Source: a virus. Taken from it: 64,000 nt of DNA. How positions within the stretch are numbered: position 1 is the first letter of the stretch; each line of letters begins with the position of its first letter. The stretch spans positions 3,830-67,829 of IMG/VR virus record IMGVR_UViG_3300027754_000005; one strand, written 5' to 3'. The notes below the pieces were generated by a model. That model was not told the origin of the DNA. It did not search any database and worked only from the letters and a program-made list of their open reading frames with translations. This document shows positions 10,158 through 19,363 of the stretch, one piece after another. Made by a program: the position numbers and the translations under genes.

Positions 10158-10512
10158 TGGTATTCTCTTTGATTACCCAATTATCTAACCACTGGTTCAT
10201 AGGTGAGCGGATTCTGTTTTGAATCGTGATGGGTAGCTTTCTCACATCAACAAATTCATTCACACTTAATCGAAACTTTAAATAATCAAGGGTGCTTTTA
10301 TCAAAGATACTTGCTGGCACATCAACTGAATCAAAGAAGTCTTTAGAACACAGTAGTACCCTCATGCCTCCAATCTCCTTGTTGGGCTTTTCAAGGATGC
10401 CCTTGATTTGGTAAACATATAACTTAGACATGAGCTGGCACCATTTTGAACACCCGAGGCAGCTTCCCAGCTTGCCGTCGTTTTTTACATTTCGCTGCCT
10501 TGTCTCGCTCAA
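10141..10512 (-). CDS. Hypothetical protein (start probably MSKLYVYQ near 10431)
   Basis: ORF overlapping both neighbours in the same operon. Confidence 0.55.
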   Translation of the reverse strand: MSETRQRNVKNDGKLGSCLGCSKWCQLMSKLYVYQIKGILEKPNKEIGGMRVLLCSKDFFDSVDVPASIFDKSTLDYLKFRLSVNEFVDVRKLPITIQNRIRSPMNQWLDNWVIKENTIGHSK

Positions 10513-10660
10513 GTGCTCGTTGGAACGCTTCTAGACTGAGCCAGCGTTCGCCACGAAAACCATTGGCAAGCACATCAGTGCGGTAGTTGTAAAACACCAT
10601 TCCCTCGTAAACGTCGCCGAGCTTGAATGGTTGTTTTGTTTTGGGATTAAGTCTCTTCAT
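10424..10660 (-). CDS. Small basic protein (MKRLNPKT...), probably leaderless
   Basis: ATG at 10660 is 4 nt from the promoter motif at 10665-10677. Confidence 0.6.
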   Translation of the reverse strand: MKRLNPKTKQPFKLGDVYEGMVFYNYRTDVLANGFRGERWLSLEAFQRALERDKAAKCKKRRQAGKLPRVFKMVPAHV

Positions 10661-10664
10661 ACAT

Positions 10665-10697
10665 CTACTTATGCAAACTCTATACACATGCCGCCCT
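10665..10697 (-). promoter_or_regulatory. Phage promoter motif heading the packaging operon
   Basis: GGGC-N18-GCATAAGTAG, 4 nt before ATG. Confidence 0.75.
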
Positions 10698-10712
10698 ACT
10701 GTTGCGTTCATC

Positions 10713-10984
10713 CTAGTTCTATACACTCCCTGTCTCCAGTAAGTCTTTGATTCCAAAGTAGATTCCGCTTTGAAAGACAGGGTATCCATAGAAGACAGGG
10801 TCAAAACGCATATTAGGTGTACCTATTTATTTTATTTTTTTAAATTAAAAATAAAAAATAAAGAAATACTATGGATACTATGGATACCCTGTCTTTTAAA
10901 ACAAAAAAGCTATACGGATCAAAAGGTTATAGGAGACAGGGAGTGTATAGAACTAGACAGGGAAGACAGGGAGTGTATAGAACT
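10713..10984. repeat. Nested inverted repeats around an A/T tract (origin- or terminus-like element 1)
   Basis: 25-bp perfect IR 10713-10737/10932-10956; 19-bp perfect IR 10773-10791/10878-10896; further AGACAGGG copies to 10984. Confidence 0.85.
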
Positions 10985-11190
10985 CAATGTTGCTTTGAGC
11001 CTAGTTCTATACAAGTCTTCTAATAATTTACAAAAAAAAATAAAAAATTACAGAGAAAATTCAACAAGCTTGCTTTTGGTTGGAGCCTCCCGCGCCCAAG
11101 CCGCAGGGAGTCGTAAAAGGTGGTGTGGCGTCAAAACAACACCGCCCAGCCATATTGCAAGGAAACAACCTGACAATCTGACAACTATGG

Positions 11191-11445
11191 TGCGGTGCAA
11201 CATATTGCAACGCAACAATCTGCTACTAGGGTTTACCCCAGGTTGAAGTGAGTGCTTACTTACTTGCTGCAACGCAACAATCTGCCAGTCTTCTATATTG
11301 TTGCAATGCAACATATTGCAACGCAACAATTAGTCACGCTGATAATGTTAGTAGTTACTAACTTGTCAGGTTGTCATGCGTGCGTGAGAGCGTGCTAGAG
11401 AGTCGGCACAATTTACCAACAATCCGACAATGATGCAATGCAACA
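11191..11445. repeat. Cluster of six TGCnnnGCAACA motifs
   Basis: Copies at 11191, 11206, 11268, 11302, 11317, 11434. Confidence 0.8.
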
Positions 11446-11560
11446 ATATGGCCTTAGGGTAAACACCTATTGACAAGGTAATAGTGTTGTATTCCGGCAA
11501 CTAAGGGTAAACACCTATTGTTTTGCTGCCAGTTTTAATATATTTTGGGGACCAGATCCC

Positions 11561-11630
11561 AGGGTAAACCCTAACGATCAGAACGCACGCTATGCCATTA
11601 TCACAACCCTCCTAATACACTTATTCCAAG
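11561..11630 (+). repeat. 70-bp direct repeat, copy 1
   Basis: 67/70 identical to 12841-12910. Confidence 0.9.
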
Positions 11631-11811
11631 CAATATTAAAACCGCTATAAACCCTCTTAAAACCCTTTTAAATTGATTTGCCTATTTTTTAAGCAATGCA
11701 TTTATACATTCCGCTGCTAGGGTAAACACCTATATAGATATTGTTGCAAGTGTTTAAAATATATAGTATTAGGTAAGCAATATCCTAATTAACTAAACTA
11801 CTGGAGGATGT

Positions 11812-12015
11812 ATGTATTTTGATAGATTTGATATAGCGGAGGCATATTACCTAGCATTTACCCATTGCCATAATGGGCAATATTCTAGGGAATATGCAAG
11901 ATTATGCAAAATGCAACAATATTTTAAACCTAGCATTCTATTAGATTGTGAGTCATTAACAGAAAATGGCAAGGCAATTTATGACAATGTATGCTCTAAA
12001 CTATTAGGAAAATAA
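11812..12015 (+). CDS. Early hypothetical protein
   Basis: GGAGG SD; 67 aa. Confidence 0.7.
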   Translation: MYFDRFDIAEAYYLAFTHCHNGQYSREYARLCKMQQYFKPSILLDCESLTENGKAIYDNVCSKLLGK

Positions 12016-12018
12016 ACC

Positions 12019-12666
12019 ATGCAACAAAAACAATTAATTAAAACCATTAAGCAAGCAATGGAAATTATCGGAGGGTTATCTGCTCCTAGTAAAATGCCAT
12101 GCTCTAGCTATTCTATTTCCGCTAAGCGTTGCAATACTGGATCAAAGCTTGCAAAAATAGAGGGTACAGTTTGCCATAACTGTTATGCATTAAAGGGCAA
12201 TTATATCCGCTATGCAAAAACTATAGATATCGCTCATGAGCGGAGATATCAAGCTTTATCTAATCCACAATGGATTGATGCAATGTCTTTTATTATTAAT
12301 AAGCAAGCAATGCAATATTTTAGATGGCATGATAGCGGAGATATTCAGTCATTCCAGCATCTATTAAATATTGTGAGCGTTGCAGACAATTGCCCTAATA
12401 CTCAATTTTGGATACCAACAAAGGAAAGTAACCTAGTAAAGCAATATTTAGATACTTTTGGATCATTCCCTAATAATTTGATTGTGAGAGTATCCGCTAC
12501 TAAACGAGATAGTAATCCGCCAAAATTTGAGCATACATCTACAGTACATCTAGCTAATAATTCAATTGGCACAGAATGCCCTAGTTATAAGCAAGCTGGA
12601 AAATGCTTAGATTGTCGCAATTGTTGGGATAAATCAATCCCTAATGTATCTTATAAATACCATTAG
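12019..12666 (+). CDS. GP88-family Cys-rich (putative Fe-S) protein
   Basis: SKMP...C.TGSKL....VCHNCYALKG, YFRWHDSGD, C-terminal CP....GKCLDCRNCW. Confidence 0.75.
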   Translation: MQQKQLIKTIKQAMEIIGGLSAPSKMPCSSYSISAKRCNTGSKLAKIEGTVCHNCYALKGNYIRYAKTIDIAHERRYQALSNPQWIDAMSFIINKQAMQYFRWHDSGDIQSFQHLLNIVSVADNCPNTQFWIPTKESNLVKQYLDTFGSFPNNLIVRVSATKRDSNPPKFEHTSTVHLANNSIGTECPSYKQAGKCLDCRNCWDKSIPNVSYKYH

Positions 12667-12685
12667 ATCAATTCACTATCACAAC

Positions 12686-12711
12686 AACCCGCCACTAGGC
12701 GGGTTTTTTTT
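12686..12711 (+). terminator. Rho-independent terminator
   Basis: AACCCGCC-ACTA-GGCGGGTT followed by a T run. Confidence 0.9.
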
Positions 12712-12840
12712 GATTGTTGCGTAGCAGCCACAAACCAGGGTTAACCCTAATAGACCAGATCCCAAAATTATGCTAAGTCTGGCCTAAGGGTAAACCCCTA
12801 TAGACAAATCAAATTAATTGTGAAATTGACAAATCCGGTA

Positions 12841-12910
12841 AGGGTAAACCCTAACGATCAGATCGCACGCTATGCCACGATCACAACCCTCCTAATACAC
12901 TTATTCCAAG
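12841..12910 (+). repeat. 70-bp direct repeat, copy 2
   Basis: 67/70 identical to 11561-11630. Confidence 0.9.
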
Positions 12911-13118
12911 TGACATCAAAACCCGCCAAAACCCCATTAAATCGATTTTGGAGGGTTTGCCCATAATTGACATTTTGACCCCAGCACAAAACCAGGGTTT
13001 ACCCTTAAGGGAATGTCCTAATATGAATTTTATACAGAATTGATATTATGGATATGGGGAAATTATATTTTTTATTTTGACCCCAGCACTTTAAGGGTAA
13101 ACCCTAATAGGAGAAATT

Positions 13119-13325
13119 ATGCAACATATTGAATTAAATTTGACAATTCGTCAAGCTGATTTGGTATTGGCATCATTACGCAACCAGTTAAGAGAATTAA
13201 ATCATTCTCTTAATAATGAAGTATTGAGTAGTGCTGAGTCAATCGACATTCAGTCTAGTGCGAATGTAATTAGATCCACAATGCAAGTATTAAAAGACTT
13301 AATTTATAAATCAGAAAGAGAGTAA
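13119..13325 (+). CDS. Early hypothetical protein
   Basis: AGGAG SD; 68 aa. Confidence 0.65.
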   Translation: MQHIELNLTIRQADLVLASLRNQLRELNHSLNNEVLSSAESIDIQSSANVIRSTMQVLKDLIYKSERE

Positions 13326-13328
13326 AAA

Positions 13329-13568
13329 ATGGAAAATAGATCAATCTCAAGCATTGCGAGAGATATTAAAAGTGTATGGATTAAACCATATTTCGGAGCA
13401 AAACCATATTTAGATGCAATGACTCAATTGCATAGCATCAATGACAAGTTTTATGAAGATAGTGCAAGCTCAGTAGTAATGTATTTTTTGGCTAATGCCA
13501 GCACTTTTAGAGGCAATGATGCCAAGGTATTAAAACTTGAATTAAAAAACTTATTGAAAGGCAATTAA
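13329..13568 (+). CDS. Early conserved-looking phage protein
   Basis: 79 aa; YFGAKPYLDAM...YFLANASTFRG. Confidence 0.7.
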   Translation: MENRSISSIARDIKSVWIKPYFGAKPYLDAMTQLHSINDKFYEDSASSVVMYFLANASTFRGNDAKVLKLELKNLLKGN

Positions 13569-13570
13569 TT

Positions 13571-13750
13571 ATGACAATGGATAGCTATCAAGCAGTAGGA
13601 TTGGCAGAGGGTTTTATTGAGGCAGAAAGTGAAGAGCAAGTACTGGAGGCATGGCAGTACTTGCACGACACTAGATTGGGTTATGGTTTGCAAGGGTTTT
13701 TTGGTCGAACTATTCGACAATTATTAGAAGAGGGTTTAATTAACCCATAG
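13571..13750 (+). CDS. Early small protein (59 aa, below ORF-track cutoff)
   Basis: MTMDSYQAVGLAEGF...WQYLHD...LQGFFGRT; AAGG SD, starts 2 nt after the previous stop. Confidence 0.65.
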   Translation: MTMDSYQAVGLAEGFIEAESEEQVLEAWQYLHDTRLGYGLQGFFGRTIRQLLEEGLINP

Positions 13751-13865
13751 GCAGCCCCATAAGGGTAAACCCCTGGAATTTAGTTCTAAGGGTTTTCCCT
13801 GATTGTGTTGCAGTAAACAGTCAGTAGTATTGAATTGTAGTCAACCAAAACAAAGGAGAATTTTT

Positions 13866-14159
13866 ATGGCAAATTGGAAATATCAAATCGATCTGTCAGA
13901 TATCTTCAGCAAATTTAATGACGATGGTGAAATCACAACCGATGAACCCATCCAAAAAATTGCAATGGATATCTATCATCGGTTTTCAAAATTTATGGAT
14001 GCCCATCCCGATATGTTCGAGGATGATTATTCCACAGAAGACAATATCGACAATTTAAAGTATTGCGATAATGTAGAAGAGATTGACACAATATTGTGTG
14101 AACTCTATGATTTTTGTGATGCAAATCGTATTTGGATAAACACTTGGGAGATAGCATGA
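13866..14159 (+). CDS. Early acidic hypothetical protein
   Basis: AGGAG SD before MANWKYQ. Confidence 0.65.
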   Translation: MANWKYQIDLSDIFSKFNDDGEITTDEPIQKIAMDIYHRFSKFMDAHPDMFEDDYSTEDNIDNLKYCDNVEEIDTILCELYDFCDANRIWINTWEIA

Positions 14160-14584
14160 ATTTTCAAATTAAAGCTTTTAAGCATTGGCAAACCGAAGAT
14201 GGAGGTGGATATCAATTCAACCTTTATCTTGATGGCAAAAAGTTTGCATGGGTGCATAACGATGGCAATGGTGGAGGCATCGATATGACTTTTGCCGACT
14301 CAGATTTCAAAACCATATGGGATGACTATGTCAAATCATTAGGGCAATGGAAATCATCTTGGGGTGCAATTAATGGTCAAGAATTTTTTGATCATTCTGA
14401 CGATACCGCAATTGGAATTTTGGTGGAAGAGTATGAGATGTCTAAGCATCGTAAAAAGGGCATTCTGTTTCGACTGACAGACGATAGTGAGAATTCATTC
14501 CGCACTATCAAAACCCAAGATATGGATTTGGCAGTTAAGCATTTAGATAAAACCTTTGGCAAGGGCAAGTACGAACTTGTGTAA
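14156..14584 (+). CDS. Early hypothetical protein
   Basis: ATGA overlap, GGAG SD; LYLDGKKFAWVHNDGNGG. Confidence 0.65.
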   Translation: MNFQIKAFKHWQTEDGGGYQFNLYLDGKKFAWVHNDGNGGGIDMTFADSDFKTIWDDYVKSLGQWKSSWGAINGQEFFDHSDDTAIGILVEEYEMSKHRKKGILFRLTDDSENSFRTIKTQDMDLAVKHLDKTFGKGKYELV

Positions 14585-14593
14585 TGTTGCCTA

Positions 14594-14620
14594 GTAAAGC
14601 ATTCTGAGAGTGCTTTACTG
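14594..14620 (+). other. Intergenic hairpin (terminator or RNA processing site)
   Basis: AGTAAAGCATTC-TGA-GAGTGCTTTACT, no U tract. Confidence 0.5.
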
Positions 14621-14821
14621 GATCAATATTGATCACATAAATACAGGGAGTTGAGATGACTAAAAAAATTAAAGTGCGTATCAGTACGCAATTTGATATC
14701 GAGGTATCGGAAGATTACCTTGAGAAAATGCGTAAGTATGATATCAAGTGGGAATTACTTGATAAGTGTTTTAAAAATAATCCTATGACAGTTAACCACG
14801 CAACAATGGAGGTATTGAGCG

Positions 14822-17800
14822 ATGAAACAGTTTGAATGTTTTTGGGGTGATGGGTATAGGGATGCCAGTAATAAATCCATCCTTGAATATCACGATGAAG
14901 GGTTTTTTAATAACTTCAGAGGGTATGAGGATGAGCATATTTACAAAATCCAAGATCTTGAAATTGGTGATGTTGCTGATTTAACTGAGATGACTGGGCA
15001 ACATTGGGTGCGGAGGATGTCATGAAAAAATGGCAAATACAAGCATTGTTTTTTAATGAGGGATGGGAATGCCCCGAAGATGTTCCAACCTTGTACGATA
15101 GCAAGGAAGAGGCAGAACTTGAATTGCAAGATCACATCGAGTCGATGGCATTGGCAGTCGAAGAGGGTTTTATGATTGATTACGATGCCCATGATTGGCG
15201 AGTTGCGGAAGTGGATGTACCGCAGCCCTAAAAGTAAATAGGGGTTTACCCTGGGGCCCGGAATCAGGGTAACTACCTATGTACTTTTGTTGTAGTACCA
15301 GTACAATTGAACTTTTACAAGGGAGGTGGTATGAAATTTAGTATTTCAATAGATATTTTAGATTGTGACATTGACGAAGTGATGGAATTGAACCATTGCA
15401 CTAAGCAAGAGGCAATTGATCAAATCACCAATGTATTTTATTTAGGTTTATCTTGCATTGATGGTATGTTACATCGTGTAACTGGCATTGATGGCACAGA
15501 TTCTTATGTGGAGAAAACAGAATGATATACATTACTAAAACTGAAACATACAATACTGGTGGTGGGTGCATGGTAGATATACTGACACTCTCAACTGGGA
15601 AAGTGCTTTGTATTTCCGATGAGTATGTGGGTTTGTACCATTCTATTGACGATATGTTGGAAGACGATGGTACAAAATGCATCAATGGTTTTTGGATCAA
15701 TGGAGAAACTGTATGATTAATGACCAATACTTAAACGCTTTGGATGATGCCATTTTGACAATGTTGCACAATGACATCGAACCAACATCAGCATTAAAGC
15801 AATGTGCATCTGACAATGGCATTGCGTATGGTGAAGACATGGGCAAATTTATTGAATGGGCAAGGGAGCAATTATGAAATTTCAGCAAGTATTAATTGAC
15901 CAGTACATTGATTTTTTCAATAACTATTTGACGATTGCTAAGTACGCTGAAGATAATGGATTGTCCATCCAACAAGCCCAGACTGTAATCAGTTTGGGTA
16001 AACAGTTACATGGAATGCAGTTTATTGAAGATCATTTTCAATTTATTAAGGTGGGCTAATATGAAAGCAATCTTCGGAGCGTTTTATGACAGTCGCAATT
16101 TCTCATTCGAGGCATTTAGCGATGATCCAAGAAAAGCAAAGGCAACCCTCATCAAGGGTTTGCGGGATCATGGTAAAGAGTACAAGTGCGAACCTAACTG
16201 GTGGTACAAGGACGATGTATATGTAGTCGAGTACCAATTAAACATTCCCTATAGAGATAAGGACACAATATGAAATACTACAACATTGACGATTTGTTTT
16301 TCTCAGTCAACGATATTTATACCCAGTTTGATGAGGGAAAAATCCCTCTTGCAAACGCTCAAGAAATATTAGTAAGATGTTGCAAAGCTTTTATCCAATT
16401 TAACGACAAGGTAACCGATGAAAAAAACTAATTACGATAAAGCAGTAGAGATTTACAACCAAGGTGGGCAGTACGCAGTCTATGATGCAGTCGAGGCTGG
16501 CATTCTCAAGGCTGACTCAATGCGTGACTGTGCTCCATGTGAGGACAGAACCCCACACGATGGTGATTGTTGCCTTGTTTGTGGCACAGACAACCCTCCG
16601 CAGCCCGACCAAAACCAGGATCTGAACCACTCAATTTACTTTGAGAGAGCCGATACTTTGTGGGAGTGGCTTGAGGAAAACCAATTAACCGACCCAGTAA
16701 CATTAACCATTCACTTAGGAGCAAAGAAATGAAAATTAAACCAATAATGATCGAGCATTGGATTGGTAGTGATCACCAAAATATTCAAGAATATCTTCAG
16801 TTGTTGACCGAACTGGTCAATGGTGAGTATAGTGTTGAAGAGTTTAAAGCTGACATCATGGATTTATGGGAGGGAACAGTATGAACCCAAATGATTACCC
16901 GCAAGGCAATGGCATGAAGTTGGTGCTTGTCATCACAGCCGATGATCCAGTATCATTGGATGAGGGTTTGCGTAATGCCCTTAAAGATATGCAGTTTGGT
17001 GTACAGTCAACAAAACAAGCATCAGATGATTATTTTTATGCGTTTGAAATACTTAATCGTAAAAAGGAGACAGTATGAACTGGGAACAACAATTCGTGGA
17101 AAGCTTTATTACCAAGTTGGTAAATCCTAAACCGCAACCCATCGAGATTAAGATGCATACTACAATCTACTGGGAAGTGCCAGAGGGTCGTGATCCAGAA
17201 GAGTATATGCAAGAACTTTCAGAGATGTCTAAATTAGATGCTCTGGCAAAAGCCACCGACTTTGGTGACGATCAATTAGAAGTTAATGGGGAGTATTGAT
17301 ATGATGGACTATTTAACCCTTTGGCAAAAAGGTAGCGAGTATTTTGATGAGTGGATTGGCGATTCCACTATGACTTATACCGAAGAGGACAGAATGTTAT
17401 TTGTAGCTGGTTTTATTAAAGGCTATTTACATTTAAACCAATTGGAGATCAATTATGCCTAACTGGGAACAACAATTCGTGGAAAGCTTTATTGCCAAAC
17501 TGGTAAACCCAAGAGAAAAGCATCGATTGGAGCAAGTATCAGAGCAAGGTTATAAGGTGATCGATACCAGCACCAACGAGTGCTTGTGGGATATTCGCAA
17601 TGGGTGTAATGTATTTACCTTGGAAGAGGCAGAACAATTTATAAAGGAACAAATATGAAATACTTTGTACACTTAGAAATGACCTTTTGTGCAATCATAG
17701 ATGATGCACAATCGCTTGAAGAGGCAAAAGAAATTGTTGAATCAATGTATGTTAATGATGAAATGTTTGATACTAAATATGACACTCATTATGAGTGGGA

Positions 17801-18139
17801 TATACTAGATGATAAATCTTATGAGTTTGAAGACGAAGAGGAGGTAGCATAATGGGTAATATGTACGATGGATGGCTTGAATCCGGAATTCAAGATGGCT
17901 ACGATGACCAAGATCAAAGGGCAGAGGAGATTGCTTACTGGGTCGAGCAAGATATTAAACCCGATGGCAGATGCTACCCATTTTCAGCACCAAACTGGGC
18001 AGAGGCAATCTCTCAGTTAGGGCTGGCTGAAGAGCTCCAAGATATCGATCCAGTAACCGCAGCCCAAGAGTTGCGTGACAAAGTGGTAGCCTATTGGTAT
18101 GATGTAGCTGAGTATATCAATGAGCGAGACTGTGTATGA
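14822..18139 (+). other. Array of about 15 small, mostly acidic, translationally coupled early genes (e.g. 14822-15025, 15022-15231, 15331-15525, 15522-15716, 15713-15877, 15874-16059, 16061-16273, 16418-16732, 16866-17078, 17075-17299, 17455-17658, 17655-17852, 17852-18139)
   Basis: Same strand, GGAG/AGG SDs, ATGA and TAATG overlaps; no recognisable domains. Confidence 0.7.
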
Positions 18140-18426
18140 TCTTAAAAACCCTTACTGTTGCGTTCATCCTAACTTCATTCCATCCAGCACAAGCTGACGA
18201 GTACTTTGCTTTTGCTCCCAACACAATTGGTGGGTGGACGATGCTGACCGAGAACCCATGTCGGTACGACAAGCACCTACCCGAGGCATACGCAACCAAC
18301 CAAAAGAATGAAAAGGCTTATGGGTGTTACTGGTTTGGGAATAAGGTGATTTACTTTCGAGATTCCCAAGGCAATGTGCGTTACATGGAAAAGAAAGATT
18401 TTATACTACGCAGAAATATGCTATAA
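18136..18426 (+). CDS. Exported small protein with signal peptide
   Basis: MILKTLTVAFILTSFHPAQA-DE fits a signal peptidase I site; two Cys. Confidence 0.65.
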   Translation: MILKTLTVAFILTSFHPAQADEYFAFAPNTIGGWTMLTENPCRYDKHLPEAYATNQKNEKAYGCYWFGNKVIYFRDSQGNVRYMEKKDFILRRNML

Positions 18427-18429
18427 TGG

Positions 18430-19035
18430 GTGACCCCCAATCCAATTGGAGATTCCCTATTGAAAACCCGCAAAAATGCGTTGACTGATTATATGCAGTC
18501 GTTGTACAAGATCCCCACGCTGACCCTTGAGGAAGAGGCAAAGCTGGGGATTCTGATCGCTCAAGGTGACGAGGCAGCCCTCGATAGATTAGTAACTCAC
18601 AACCTACGCTTTGTAGTTTCAGTCATTAAAAAGATGCCGAACTGGGCGCATTCCAATATGCCCATGGAAGACCTTTTATCATTCGGCAACGAGGCTTTGC
18701 TCAATGCAGCCCGATCCTGGAAACCGATGGGCAAAATCCGGTTTGCCTCCTATGCCAAGAAATTCATACACTTCGATGTCAACCGGGGTGTTGCCAATAC
18801 CAAGAACATTATTCGACTGCCAGTAAACATTACTGAAGAGATCCGAAGAATCAAATATACCGAGCGCGTGCTGAGTCAAACCCTCCAGCGTGAGCCGACC
18901 GACACAGAACTGGCCGACAGGCTGGGAGTGTCAACCACGCGCATTGCATACATTAATTCCATAATCAGTAAAGAGCCAGTAAGCTTAGAGATATTTAATT
19001 CCGAACATTTAGAACAAGAAGGATACGATGACTGA
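18430..19035 (+). CDS. Sigma70-family RNA polymerase sigma factor (regions 1.2-3 only)
   Basis: DYMQSLYKIPTLTLEEE (1.2), LVTHNLRFVVSV (2.1), EDLLSFGNEAL (2.2), RFASYA (2.3), IRLPV, REPTDTELA (3), ends shortly after PVSLE. Confidence 0.9.
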   Translation: MTPNPIGDSLLKTRKNALTDYMQSLYKIPTLTLEEEAKLGILIAQGDEAALDRLVTHNLRFVVSVIKKMPNWAHSNMPMEDLLSFGNEALLNAARSWKPMGKIRFASYAKKFIHFDVNRGVANTKNIIRLPVNITEEIRRIKYTERVLSQTLQREPTDTELADRLGVSTTRIAYINSIISKEPVSLEIFNSEHLEQEGYDD

Positions 19036-19363
19036 AGAACAGATTCGAGCTTATAATAGATTTATTCGTGCTCGTGATAGAGTCAAACTAGTAAAAACCA
19101 AAGAGAACTTTAAAAATGCTTATATTCCTCATCGTGATTTTATTGATAGTATACATATCAATGGATTGAACCATCCGCTTTTTGTGGTGAACGATGAGTG
19201 GATTGAATACAAAGAGGCATCATCAGCATGGTGGGCGATTGAACCCAGATACCGCCATGAAGAACGCTTAAGGGCAACCCGAGGCGATTATGGAGATTCA
19301 GATAACTGGGATGAACCAAATGAAGTTGAAACATTAGACACTTTCTTCAAGGAGGAGAAATGA
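19028..19363 (+). CDS. Hypothetical protein
   Basis: 111 aa, coupled between sigma and MTase. Confidence 0.7.
   Translation: MTEEQIRAYNRFIRARDRVKLVKTKENFKNAYIPHRDFIDSIHINGLNHPLFVVNDEWIEYKEASSAWWAIEPRYRHEERLRATRGDYGDSDNWDEPNEVETLDTFFKEEK

Larger units (their letters stand above)
11228..15278. promoter_or_regulatory. Dispersed quasi-palindromic AGGGTWWACCCT / AGGGTAAACACCT sites (about 15 copies, intergenic only)
   Basis: Copies near 11228, 11456, 11504, 11561, 11719, 12737, 12787, 12841, 12952, 12994, 13094, 13762, 13789, 15240, 15266. Confidence 0.75.

Noticed and set aside
10770-11329. 158-aa and 93-aa ORFs in the control region
   Set aside because: They cross A/T tracts and palindromes, lack SDs and have unnatural composition
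10713-13110. CRISPR array, given the repeats and a Cas4-like gene
   Set aside because: Repeats are short, irregularly spaced and in both orientations, with no constant-length spacers; DUF2800 Cas4-like nucleases are ordinary phage replication-module genes
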